This document shows positions 1 through 9,441 of a stretch of 32,000 nucleotides of DNA, one piece after another. Within the stretch, counting starts at the first letter, position 1. The number at the start of each line of letters is the position of its first letter. The translations under genes and the position numbers were made by a program. This DNA comes from Methylocystis sp. (lineage in GTDB: Bacteria; Pseudomonadota; Alphaproteobacteria; Rhizobiales; Beijerinckiaceae). The DNA is taken from contig JADCCX010000041.1 in assembly GCA_020252485.1 (NCBI GenBank), positions 9,487-41,486 on the forward strand, given 5' to 3'. The notes under the pieces are model-generated. The model made no database searches, had not been told where the DNA came from, and saw nothing but the letters and a program-made list of their open reading frames with translations.

Positions 1-335
1 CTGTGCACGGGCCGCGTGCCGCCCAGCGAGGAGGCGGGGATGCGCGCGATTTCCTTGCCGTCATTGAGGTTCACGGCAACCACCTGATTGCCGCCGGTAT
101 TGTTGAACAGCGAGACGCCATTTGACAGCGCCATGGTGTCGAGGCTGGCGCCGGTCATGGCGATGCGGTTGATTTCGCGGCCCGAGCCAACATCATAAAC
201 GCCAGCCTCGTCCTTTCCGACGACGAGCATGAGATGATCGAGCGCGGGAGCTTGCGCGAAGGCGATGGTCGAGAGCGCGGTCGCGCCAAGAAAGCAGCCG
301 ACCATTGCCGCGCTGCGGGTGAAGAAAGAAGACAT
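1..335 (-). CDS. Secreted protein, N-terminal part only (gene runs off the left window edge); beta-strand-rich, possibly a periplasmic beta-propeller type
   Basis: Absent from the ORF track because it is truncated by the edge. The reverse complement of 1-335 reads ATG(335) MSSFFTRSAAMVGCFLGATALSTIAFAQAPALDHLMLVVGKDEAGVYDVGSGREINRIAMTGASLDTMALSNG... with no stop down to position 1. AGGA lies about 10 nt upstream. The hydrophobic N-terminus ending AFA-QA looks like a signal peptide. Confidence 0.5.
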   Translation of the reverse strand, partial: MSSFFTRSAAMVGCFLGATALSTIAFAQAPALDHLMLVVGKDEAGVYDVGSGREINRIAMTGASLDTMALSNGVSLFNNTGGNQVVAVNLNDGKEIARIPASSLGGTRPVH

Positions 336-409
336 GTTTGGGGTTCCTGATCTGGAATGAAGGGTGATTGCCGGCGCGATGCTGCGCGCGGCGGGTTCTG
401 CCGTTTCAA

Positions 410-799
410 TCAGATCAGGTTGGGGGGGCCGCGTGCAGAAACGCCCGGCGGGGCGTGGGACGGCGGTAGTGCAGTGTGCCGCGCGACATGGACAGGATTA
501 TCGGCTTCCTGATCGCTCCAGGCAGGCCCAATCGATGCTGAAGCGACGGAGCCAAAGGTCTTGAATGGACAGGATGGGCCGCATGGGCATCCTGAATGGT
601 CTTTTCCGTGATCCTTCTCCGGATCAGACGGGAGAGTTAGGCCGTGCTCGGAGCAGATGATCTGCAGCGCGGCCAGCGCGTGCATCTCGCTTGTATGATG
701 GCCAACCAGACGCGCCCCAGCCAGTCCGGCCAGCACGAAGGCATAGGCCAGCAAGACACAAAATCGCCAATCGCGTGTCAGACGACGTACAGCGCTCAT
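410..799 (-). CDS. Small His/Cys-rich membrane protein, DUF2946-like
   Basis: 129-aa ORF with an N-terminal TM segment (FCVLLAYAFVLAGLAGA). It is followed by HHTSEMH, ICSEHG and DHGKDHSGCPCGPSC motifs, the layout I associate with DUF2946 proteins of metal-uptake loci. Same strand as, and downstream of, the Fur-family gene. The C-terminal third is low-complexity, so the exact extent is uncertain. Confidence 0.45.
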   Translation of the reverse strand: MSAVRRLTRDWRFCVLLAYAFVLAGLAGARLVGHHTSEMHALAALQIICSEHGLTLPSDPEKDHGKDHSGCPCGPSCPFKTFGSVASASIGPAWSDQEADNPVHVARHTALPPSHAPPGVSARGPPNLI

Positions 800-868
800 A
801 TCATTTGCTTAATCATAACTTGCCTGCCCCGTCATCAACTTCTCTCATGGCTCGAAGCGTTGCCTTTG

Positions 869-1375
869 TCACAGGGGATTTGAGGCGCACCGCGCGCACT
901 CACCTTCCAGCTCTACGATGGGATGAGCAGGCTTGAAGCCTGCATGTTCGGCGGCGCCGTGGAGCCCTTGAGCCACCAGATCCGACGGCGCTTCCTGCAC
1001 CGTGCCGCAGTGGCTGCAGACCATGAACACTACGGCTTCACCGGGGTGATGCTCGTGATCGCACGCGAAGTATGACGCCTTCGATGCAAGCCGGTGGACA
1101 CAGCCTGCCTCCTGCAGAAAGTCGAGCGCGCGGTAGACCTGAACTGCCTGGACTTTCTTCGGTAGGCTCAGGCGATCCGTGATCTCATAAGCGGTGAGCG
1201 GCTTTTGCTCGCGGGCCAGCACGGTCAGAACACGCGCGCGCATCTCCGTAAACGGGAGTTTCCGTGCCGCAGCGAACGCGCGGGCGCGTTCAATCATGGC
1301 TGCCACGTCGGAGTGGGGCGAGTGCGCATGGCCGTGCCCCTCGCATCGCTCGTGATGAGCTTTTTCGCCGGCCAT
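869..1375 (-). CDS. zur: Fur-family metalloregulator, Zur-like, with a His-rich N-terminal extension
   Basis: Winged-helix region (LTAYEITDRL...VYRALDFLQEAGCVHRL) plus CxxC pairs (CSHCG, CARC) typical of the Fur family. The ORF track starts at 1399 (GTG), but ATG 1375 has AAGGAGG (1384-1390) 8 nt upstream. The zur assignment rests on context (divergent COG0523 GTPase), not on sequence alone. Confidence 0.75.
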   Translation of the reverse strand: MAGEKAHHERCEGHGHAHSPHSDVAAMIERARAFAAARKLPFTEMRARVLTVLAREQKPLTAYEITDRLSLPKKVQAVQVYRALDFLQEAGCVHRLASKASYFACDHEHHPGEAVVFMVCSHCGTVQEAPSDLVAQGLHGAAEHAGFKPAHPIVELEGECARCASNPL

Positions 1376-1403
1376 GGCCGCGACCTCCTTGACCATCACG
1401 GTG

Positions 1404-1420
1404 GTGTAATACTATTACAC
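1404..1420. promoter_or_regulatory. Perfect 8-1-8 palindrome GTGTAATA-C-TATTACAC, candidate Fur/Zur-family operator
   Basis: Read directly from the sequence. It is AT-rich in a GC-rich genome and lies in the 82-nt divergent region between the regulator (ATG 1375) and the COG0523 gene (ATG 1458). Confidence 0.5.
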
Positions 1421-1428
1421 TTCCCTGA

Positions 1429-1445
1429 GTGTCACAACATTACAC
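1429..1445. promoter_or_regulatory. Second, degenerate copy of the operator (GTGTCACAACATTACAC)
   Basis: Shares the GTGT...ATTACAC ends with the 1404-1420 palindrome, but only 5 of 8 arm positions pair. It ends 13 nt upstream of the COG0523 start. Confidence 0.3.
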
Positions 1446-1457
1446 CCTTGGGGGATC

Positions 1458-2677
<1,220 letters not shown>

Positions 2678-2681
<4 letters not shown>

Positions 2682-3115
2682 GCGCGGCGATGCCTGCCAG
2701 GGAAGCCTGCTTGTCCGTTTGCTTCCGCTGCAAGCCAGAGGGCTGGCCCGGAGACGCTGATGCGCGTCGCCCCGGGGCCGATCTCGCCGATGCGATCGAG
2801 GCGGAAGCGACACGTCGGGGCATCGATCTGGAGGTGCTCCGCGATGTCCGCTGCATGAGCCAGTGCAAGCGGCCCTGCGTCGTGGCGTTCTCCGGCGAAG
2901 GTCGGTTCACCTATCTCTTCGGTGACCTTGACCCAGCGCGCGATGCTGCGGCTGTGCTGGATGCCTTCGCCCTTTATCGCACAAGGCCGGACGGCTTCAT
3001 GGAACGCTTCGAGCGGCCGGAGGCCTTGCATGCCGGCATCCTTGGCCGCGTGCCCCCACTGATATCGAGCGCGAGGCAAGTCGAACGCCGCCCTGCGCCT
3101 GTCGAATCCACCTGA
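2678..3115 (+). CDS. DUF1636-type metal-binding (thioredoxin-like, Cys-cluster) protein
   Basis: Cys motifs CLSVCFRC and CMSQCKRPC with [14 protein letters not shown], as in DUF1636 proteins that accompany cobW-type genes. ATG 2678 overlaps the upstream stop (ATGA at 2678-2681); the ORF-track start 2630 lies inside the GTPase gene. Confidence 0.7.
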
Positions 3116-3145
3116 TCAACTGTCCCAATTATTCCGAGGCCTGAC

Positions 3146-4693
3146 ATGACCAATAAACTCGCCGTTACACGCCGCTCGGCATTGGCGCTTGCCGCGTCGG
3201 CAACAGCACTTGCCGGGTTCCCAAATCTTGTTCGCGCTCAAGAGGCTGCGGTTCTCCGCGTCGCTTCCCCCTGGGAGTGGGCATCAAACGAGCCGACGGA
3301 CACGGGTTACATCATGGCCCGGATGCAAATTGCCGAGACGCTGGTGATGGTCGAGCCGGATGGCAAGCTGGTCGGCGGCATCGCGGAAAGCTGGACGGTG
3401 AGCGCCGACAAGCTGACCTGGCGCTTCAAAATCCGGTCTGGAGCTGTCTTTCACGATGGCACGCCGGTCACGGCGGAGGCGGCGGCAGCGAGCCTCAGGC
3501 GCTCGCTCGCCGGCGAGAGCATGCAACAGATCCCGGTCGATCAGCTCACCGTCGAGGGCGACGCGCTGGTGCTCAAGACCAAGACGCCCTTCAGCCACCT
3601 CCCGGCGGTGCTGGTGGACTACGCCTCGGTCATCCTTGCGCCGGCCTCCTGGGGCGCGGACGGCAAGGTGGCGCGCGTCATCGCCACCGGGCCGTTCCGG
3701 ATCACGGCGATCGACGGCAAGACCGTGGTCGAGCTGGAGCGCTTCGATCGCTACTGGGGCGAGAAGCCGAAGGTCGCGCGCGCCCGTTACACTGCGATAG
3801 CCAATGGTGACACGCGCACCAACGTGGCGATTGCCGGTGACCAGGACATCATCTTCACGACAGTGCCAGCAGCGACGCCCCGCATCGATGCGGCCGGACA
3901 GATGAAGGTTGAGAGCCTCACCATCCCGCGCGTGCGGGCCATGGCGTTCAATTCGGGGCTGCCGCAATTTGCGGATGTGCGCGTACGCCGCGCCATCAAC
4001 ATGGCGATTGACCGCCGGGGGATCGCCTCCGCTGTCTTGCGCCATCCCGGATCGGCAGCGACACAGCTGCTGCCTGCGGCCGTGCCTGCCTGGCATGACG
4101 CCAGCCTGCCAGCCTATGCTTTCGACGTGGCTGGTGCGAATGCGCTGCTCGATCAGGCCGGCTGGCCACGCGGCGCGGATGGTGTGCGCGCCAAAGATGG
4201 CGTCCGGCTGGCCGCAACCATGCTCACCATCGCGAACCGTCCAGAACTCACCGTGATGGGCACGGCCATGCAGGCGCAGCTCAAGGCGATCGGCATGGAG
4301 CTCTCCGTCGAGCCCGGCCCTTCGGCAGCGATCCCTGCTGCGATCCAAGCCGGCACGATGCAGATGACGATGTTCGCGCGCACTTATGTCAACGTGCCGG
4401 AGGTGATCGCCACGATCATCCCGGATTTCACGCGCGAGCGCTCGACCTGGGGCACGCTCAACTGGCCAGGCCGCGACCGCGTGAAGGCGCTGACGGATGA
4501 ATACGTTCAAAGCTTCGACGATGCGCGCAAGACCGCATTGCGCCGGGAGATCCTGAAAATCATCCAGGATGAGGTGCCGGTCGCGGCGGTTGCCTGGTTC
4601 GAACACACGGTTGCTGTCAACAAGCGGGTCAAGGGCCTTGTCATCGATCCGTTCGAAACCCGCTACATGCTGCAGAAGGTGAGCCTCGGTTGA
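3146..4693 (+). CDS. ABC transporter substrate-binding protein, family 5 (NikA/DppA/opine-metallophore type), Tat/Sec signal
   Basis: N-terminus MTNKLAVTRRSALALAASATALAG...AQE has a twin-arginine-like signal. The 515-aa size and motifs (WTFKIRSGAVFHDGTPVTA, ERFDRYWG) are typical of SBP family 5. Confidence 0.88.
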   Translation: MTNKLAVTRRSALALAASATALAGFPNLVRAQEAAVLRVASPWEWASNEPTDTGYIMARMQIAETLVMVEPDGKLVGGIAESWTVSADKLTWRFKIRSGAVFHDGTPVTAEAAAASLRRSLAGESMQQIPVDQLTVEGDALVLKTKTPFSHLPAVLVDYASVILAPASWGADGKVARVIATGPFRITAIDGKTVVELERFDRYWGEKPKVARARYTAIANGDTRTNVAIAGDQDIIFTTVPAATPRIDAAGQMKVESLTIPRVRAMAFNSGLPQFADVRVRRAINMAIDRRGIASAVLRHPGSAATQLLPAAVPAWHDASLPAYAFDVAGANALLDQAGWPRGADGVRAKDGVRLAATMLTIANRPELTVMGTAMQAQLKAIGMELSVEPGPSAAIPAAIQAGTMQMTMFARTYVNVPEVIATIIPDFTRERSTWGTLNWPGRDRVKALTDEYVQSFDDARKTALRREILKIIQDEVPVAAVAWFEHTVAVNKRVKGLVIDPFETRYMLQKVSLG

Positions 4694-4706
4694 AGGTTCG
4701 AGGCCG

Positions 4707-5636
4707 GTGAGCAGCGTGTCGACCGCGATGGCCGGGATTGCCGGCGGAACAGGCGCAGGCATTGCCTTGCGCCTGCTCGCCACGCTGTTCTTTTCGCTGA
4801 TGAGCCTGTCGGTGCGTTTGGCGTCCGTCGAGGCGCCGGTCGGCCAGATCGTCTTCTGGCGCAGCGCGGTCGCACTTGTGCCGATCCTCGTCTATCTCGC
4901 CTGGCGCAGGCAGCTTCGCCATGGGCTCAGGACCGAGCGGCCGCTCGGCCATGTAATGCGCAGCCTCTACGGCTGTGCGGCGATGTTCTTCTCCTTCCTC
5001 TCGATCGCGCATCTGCCGTTGGCGCTGGCGACGGCGCTGTCCTTTCTTGCTCCGCTCATCGTCGTACCGCTCGCCATCGCGACGCTGGGCGAGCGGCCTG
5101 GGATCGTTGTGGTGGCTGCGACGCTTCTCGGCTTCCTCGGCGTCGGGCTGATGCTCTGGCCGGCAATGGTGGGACCGGAACTCGCGGTCGGCACGCTGAT
5201 CGGCGTGGGCGCTGGGCTTGCCTGCGCTGCAACCACCGCGCTCGCCAAGACCGAGATCAAGCGTCTGACGGCAACCGAGGCCCCGGCGGCCATCGCCTTC
5301 TACTTTGCGATCATCTGCGCCGCTGGTGGTCTGGCGACGTTGCCTTTCGGCTGGGCGAGCGTGGGCCAGACGGCACTGATCGCGCTGATTGCCTCGGGTG
5401 TCTTCGGCGGTCTCGCGCATATCGCGATGACCGAAGCGGTCGCCCGCGCGCCCGTGTCGACGCTCGCGCCCTTCGAGTACACTGCGATGATCTGGGCGCT
5501 GCTGTTCGACCTCATCATCTTCGCACTCTGGCCGGGGTTCATCAGCCTCCTCGGCGCGCTGCTCATCGTGAGCGCTGCGGCCTGCGTCGCCTTCGCCGAC
5601 CGGATCGGCGCGCGGCTGAAGGGCGTGCCGGCATGA
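4707..5636 (+). CDS. EamA/DMT-family 10-TM transporter embedded in the ABC operon
   Basis: 309 aa and hydrophobic throughout, with two EamA-like halves. GTG start 14 nt after the SBP stop. Its stop overlaps the next start (ATGA at 5633-5636), so it belongs to the operon. Confidence 0.85.
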   Translation: MSSVSTAMAGIAGGTGAGIALRLLATLFFSLMSLSVRLASVEAPVGQIVFWRSAVALVPILVYLAWRRQLRHGLRTERPLGHVMRSLYGCAAMFFSFLSIAHLPLALATALSFLAPLIVVPLAIATLGERPGIVVVAATLLGFLGVGLMLWPAMVGPELAVGTLIGVGAGLACAATTALAKTEIKRLTATEAPAAIAFYFAIICAAGGLATLPFGWASVGQTALIALIASGVFGGLAHIAMTEAVARAPVSTLAPFEYTAMIWALLFDLIIFALWPGFISLLGALLIVSAAACVAFADRIGARLKGVPA

Positions 5637-6586
5637 ACGGGGTCCTGCGCGTCATCATGCTTCGGATCGGTCAGGCGCTGGCGACAGCCGCGGTCCTCGC
5701 CTCCCTGTGCTTTGTCTTCGTGCACGCGCTGCCAGGCGATCTTGCCTTGCGCGTCGCGGCCGCACGCGTCGGTGATGAGCGCGTCACGCCAGAGACCGCC
5801 GAGCGCATCCGCCGCGAGGAAGGTCTCGATCGGCCACTGATCGTGCAATACGGCCAGTGGATGGGGAACGTCGCGCAGGGCGATCTCGGCCGCTCGCTGC
5901 TTTCGGGCAAGCCGGTCACGCAGGAACTCGCGTATCACGCCTCCTTCACCCTGCAACTCGGCCTGATCGGCTGGCTCCTGTCCTATCTGATCGCATTGCC
6001 GCTCGGCATCATGGCCGGGTTCAGGCCCGGCGGCATCGTCGACCGGATGACTAATGCGCTTGCTGTGACGCTCGCCTCGCTGCCCACCTTCCTCGTCGGC
6101 ATTGGGCTCATCACGCTTTTTGCGCTTACGCTGCGCTGGCTGCCGCCGGCCGGCTTCCGGACGGGGGCGCATATGGTGCTGCCGGCCTTCACGCTGGCAC
6201 TCTCGCTCGTCGCGTTCTCAATCCCCGTGATCCGCAACGCGGTGGTGGAGGTGCGTTCGGCTTTCTTCATGACCTATGCGCGGGTGAAGGGCCTGACCCC
6301 TGCTGCCGCTTTCCGGCACCATGGGGTGCGCAACGCCGCGATTCCGGTGGTGACCTATGCCGCGCTGCAATTCGCTTTCGTCATCGACGGTTTCGTGGTC
6401 ATCGAGACCCTGTTCAACTATCCGGGCCTCGGCGAACTGCTCGTCAAGGCGCTGATCGCGCGCGATGTACCGGTCATCATGGGGGCGGGCCTCGTCATCG
6501 GCTTCGCCTTCGCAGTCGTCAGCCTGTTGGCTGACCTCATGCGCCTCTGGTTCGACCCGCGCGGGCTTGAGGAGGCACGCGCATGA
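5633..6586 (+). CDS. ABC transporter permease (DppB/NikB-like)
   Basis: 317 aa, about 6 TM segments, with the family-typical N-terminus (RIGQALATAAVLASLCFVFVHALPGD) and the EAA-type loop region. Confidence 0.9.
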   Translation: MNGVLRVIMLRIGQALATAAVLASLCFVFVHALPGDLALRVAAARVGDERVTPETAERIRREEGLDRPLIVQYGQWMGNVAQGDLGRSLLSGKPVTQELAYHASFTLQLGLIGWLLSYLIALPLGIMAGFRPGGIVDRMTNALAVTLASLPTFLVGIGLITLFALTLRWLPPAGFRTGAHMVLPAFTLALSLVAFSIPVIRNAVVEVRSAFFMTYARVKGLTPAAAFRHHGVRNAAIPVVTYAALQFAFVIDGFVVIETLFNYPGLGELLVKALIARDVPVIMGAGLVIGFAFAVVSLLADLMRLWFDPRGLEEARA

Positions 6587-7410
6587 GCCTCGTTTTCGAG
6601 CCTGTCCGCGCGCGGAGCTTGCCGACTTCCATCTGGCCGCTGGCGGCGCTGGCTGGCCTTGCGCTGACCGGCCCATTCCTTGCGCCGCTGGACCCCAATG
6701 CGCAGGATCTGATGCGGGTCATGGAAGCACCGAGCATCACTCATCTGCTCGGTACCGATCATGTTGGACGCGACATTCTCTCGCGTGTCTTTGCTGGCGC
6801 GCCGCATTCGCTTGGGCTTGCTGTCCTGTGCGTGACGCTGGCATCCAGCGTGGGCGTCGCACTCGGGTTGATCGCGGCCAATGGCGGCGCGTTTGTCAGG
6901 GCGCTGATCATGCGGCTGGCCGATCTGATGCTGGCCTTCCCCGGCCTGCTGCTGGCGCTCCTCTTCGCCGGTTTCCTGGGTGGAGGCATTTGGCCCCTGC
7001 TCATCGGGCTCAACCTTGCGCTTTGGCCGCAGTACGCCCGCATGGCCGAGGCAGTGGCCACGAGCGTTCTCCGGGAAGGCCATGTCGAGGCGGCCCGGCT
7101 CGCCGGCTTTGCGGAGCGCACCATCCTGAAGCGCCATGTCCTGCCGCCCGTGCTGCGCGCGGTGATGCCGCTGGCTACGCTCGGCGTCGGGCAGGCCATC
7201 ATGTCGATCTCGGCGCTCGGCTTCCTCGGGTTGGGATTGAAGCCCCCAACGCCCGAATGGGGCGCCATGATCAACGAACTCCTGCCGTTCCTGGCCGAGG
7301 GTTTCGTGCAGATGGCCGCGCCCTGCGCCATGATTTTCGTATCGGTGCTGACCCTGACGCTGGCGGGCCGCGCGCTTGCCGCTGATCCCACGGGAGGTGG
7401 ACATGACTGA
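6583..7410 (+). CDS. ABC transporter permease (DppC/NikC-like)
   Basis: 275 aa with LGTDHVGRDILSRV, the motif characteristic of DppC/NikC permeases. ATGA overlap with the upstream gene at 6583-6586. Confidence 0.9.
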   Translation: MSLVFEPVRARSLPTSIWPLAALAGLALTGPFLAPLDPNAQDLMRVMEAPSITHLLGTDHVGRDILSRVFAGAPHSLGLAVLCVTLASSVGVALGLIAANGGAFVRALIMRLADLMLAFPGLLLALLFAGFLGGGIWPLLIGLNLALWPQYARMAEAVATSVLREGHVEAARLAGFAERTILKRHVLPPVLRAVMPLATLGVGQAIMSISALGFLGLGLKPPTPEWGAMINELLPFLAEGFVQMAAPCAMIFVSVLTLTLAGRALAADPTGGGHD

Positions 7411-8830
7411 AGCCGCGCTCACGATCTCCTATCTCTCCATCCACGACAGGAACGGCATTGCGCTTGTCGATGACGTATCGCTGTCCGTACCGCGCGGGGG
7501 TGTTCTCACGCTGATCGGCGAGACCGGCAGCGGCAAGAGTTTGATCGCGCAGGCCGTGTTCGGCCTCCTGCCGGCCGGCTTGTCGGTCTCGGGAACCATC
7601 ACGATTAGCGGCCACAAGCCGATTCCTGCGAGCGAACCGAAACGTCTCGCCGCTCTTTGGCGCGAGCAAATCATGCTGATCCCGCAGGAGCCGTCTGCCG
7701 CGCTCGATCCGACCATGCGCGTCAAGCGGCAGATGGCGCTGGCAGGTCTCCATGAGGAAGCCATCAAGCCTGCACTCGCGGCTTTCGATTTGCCCGGTTC
7801 AACCGGAGATGCCTATCCCTTCACGCTTTCCGGCGGCATGGCGCAGCGCGTGCTGGTGGCCTCGGCGCTCGGTGTCGGCGCGCCGATCGTCGTTGCTGAT
7901 GAGCCAACCAAGGGTCTGGACGCCGACCGCGTCACTCAGGCGATCGCCACACTCAAGCGCCTGTCAGCAGCCGGACGCAGCTTGCTCGTCATCACTCATG
8001 ATCGCAGGCTCGCAGAGGAGCTTCCCGGAGAACTAGCGATCATTCGGGATGGCCGAGTTGAAGAACACGGCCCGAGCGCAGGACTGTTGTCTGCGCCGCA
8101 AAGCGACTACGCCCGAACCTGGCTGGCCGCCGACCCACGCCACTGGCCGCGCTGCCACCGCTGCTGCGACATGACGAGCCTTGCGCTATCCGCGCACGGT
8201 CTCTCCTTTGGTTGGCCAAAAAGGGGAATGCTGTTCGAGGACCTTGACCTGCACGTTCCGAGGGGCGGCGTGCTGGCGATCTCGGGGCCGAGCGGCAGCG
8301 GCAAGAGCACGCTCGGCGACATTCTGCTGGGCCTGCGTCGTCCGACCGCCGGCAGCGTCGAATGGGGCGGGATCAACATTGTCGCCGGTTCATCCGCGAT
8401 CAAGATACATCGGCAGCGCTATCAAAAGTTGCATCAGGATCCGATCACGGCCTTCGTGCCGCACCTGAACTTTGCGCGCCAGTTCCTTGCGCTCCAAGAC
8501 GTCAAGTCCTGCCTCTCGGTCGCACGCGATCTGCCGCCGCTGCTGGAAAGGCTGAAGGTCAATCATCGGCTGATGAACCGTCGCCCCTGCGAGGTTTCCG
8601 GCGGCGAGGCCCAGCGGCTCGCACTGGCACGCATCCTCCTTCTCGATCCAATAGCAATTGTCGCCGATGAGCCGACGTCGCGGCTCGACCCGGTCGTTCA
8701 ACGTGAGACGATGCTGCTCCTGAGGGCGATCGTAGACCAGAGAGGGCTAGGCCTTGTCCTGATCAGTCACGACCAAACGCTGCTCGCCGCCATCGCGGAC
8801 GAGCATCTTGCACTTAGTCCGCGACCTTGA
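7403..8830 (+). CDS. Fused double ABC ATPase (DppD/DppF-like halves)
   Basis: Two full nucleotide-binding domains: GETGSGKS/LSGGMAQR/VVADEPT/ITHD and GPSGSGKST/VSGGEAQR/IVADEPT/ISHD. ATG 7403 is preceded by GGAGGTGG; the ORF-track start 7376 lies inside the permease gene. Confidence 0.9.
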   Translation: MTEAALTISYLSIHDRNGIALVDDVSLSVPRGGVLTLIGETGSGKSLIAQAVFGLLPAGLSVSGTITISGHKPIPASEPKRLAALWREQIMLIPQEPSAALDPTMRVKRQMALAGLHEEAIKPALAAFDLPGSTGDAYPFTLSGGMAQRVLVASALGVGAPIVVADEPTKGLDADRVTQAIATLKRLSAAGRSLLVITHDRRLAEELPGELAIIRDGRVEEHGPSAGLLSAPQSDYARTWLAADPRHWPRCHRCCDMTSLALSAHGLSFGWPKRGMLFEDLDLHVPRGGVLAISGPSGSGKSTLGDILLGLRRPTAGSVEWGGINIVAGSSAIKIHRQRYQKLHQDPITAFVPHLNFARQFLALQDVKSCLSVARDLPPLLERLKVNHRLMNRRPCEVSGGEAQRLALARILLLDPIAIVADEPTSRLDPVVQRETMLLLRAIVDQRGLGLVLISHDQTLLAAIADEHLALSPRP

Positions 8831-8831
8831 G

Positions 8832-9077
8832 CTAAGCCAGGCAAGCCCGCACCTGATCGCGCAGGCGGGCGTAGTCCAGCATCGCCCGTTCGAGCGCCGC
8901 GCCGGGCGGCAGGCGCTGGATTTCATCGGCAAGCCGCGACTGGAAGGCGCTGCCGTAAACCGCGACCGGCGGGCAGACGATGGACGGCCTAGAAGGTGCC
9001 GTCGCGCAGGCGGTCAGCGAGAGCGTTGCGATCACGAGGAGCGGCAGCACCCGCATCGAGCATCCGGCCTTTGGCAT
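8832..9077 (-). CDS. Outer-membrane lipoprotein spanin (o-spanin, Rz1-like)
   Basis: MPKAGCSMRVLPLLVIATLSLTAC has a lipobox (LTAC). The mature part is Pro-rich with further Cys residues. ATG 9077 is preceded by AGGAGG (9084-9089). It overlaps the 3' end of the i-spanin gene in another frame. Confidence 0.65.
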   Translation of the reverse strand: MPKAGCSMRVLPLLVIATLSLTACATAPSRPSIVCPPVAVYGSAFQSRLADEIQRLPPGAALERAMLDYARLRDQVRACLA

Positions 9078-9222
9078 CAGAAGCCTCCTTCTGGGATTTG
9101 AGTTCGGCTTCGCGGGCTTTCGCCGCCTCGGCGGTGGCGCCCGCCTTGTTGCCGGCGGCGAAGATTGCCGCGGTGGCGACGACCACCGCGACGATGAGGA
9201 CAAGCGCGATCCAGCCGGTCAC
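8989..9222 (-). CDS. Inner-membrane spanin (i-spanin, Rz-like)
   Basis: 77 aa with an N-terminal TM (WIALVLIVAVVVATAAIF) followed by a charged helical region (AEAAKAREAELKSQKEASDAK). The GTG start overlaps the holin stop (GTGA at 9219-9222). Confidence 0.6.
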   Translation of the reverse strand: MTGWIALVLIVAVVVATAAIFAAGNKAGATAEAAKAREAELKSQKEASDAKGRMLDAGAAAPRDRNALADRLRDGTF

Positions 9223-9416
9223 TTGTTCGCCCCGGTGATCCCGGCCCGTAGGGTGCCAAGGCCGAGCGCGGCGAGGACATGGGTGAGCCAGTCGGACCCG
9301 ACATCGACGCCCGGCACGTCGATCCCGAGGCCCTTCTCGACGACGACGACCAGTACGAGCACGGCGGCGATGATGTAGGTGCGGTAGCCCGCACCGAACT
9401 GAAGAACGGCGTTCAT
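9219..9416 (-). CDS. Holin-like small membrane protein (2 TM)
   Basis: 65 aa, MNAVLQFGAGYRTYIIAAVLVLVVVVEKG...WLTHVLAALGLGTL. GGGAGA lies 6 nt upstream of ATG 9416. Located between the endolysin and spanin genes. The 209-aa ORF-track entry 9219-9848 shares only this C-terminal part. Confidence 0.55.
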   Translation of the reverse strand: MNAVLQFGAGYRTYIIAAVLVLVVVVEKGLGIDVPGVDVGSDWLTHVLAALGLGTLRAGITGANK

Positions 9417-9441
9417 GGAAATCTCCCAGGTTTGAGATGGA

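Noticed and set aside
155-409. 84-aa minus-strand ORF from the track.
   Set aside because: Arg/Pro/Ser-rich and low complexity. It overlaps, out of frame, the edge-truncated ORF starting at 335, which has an RBS and a signal peptide.
3284-4783. Long antisense or shadow ORFs: 3284-4783, 5300-6172, 6418-7422, 10462-11958, 14905-15777, 23992-25782, 26797-28128 and 30943-31980.
   Set aside because: These are typical stop-codon-poor alternative frames of a ~67% GC genome. Each is fully overlapped by a gene with clear family motifs, and the translations are dominated by Arg, Gly, Pro and Ala.
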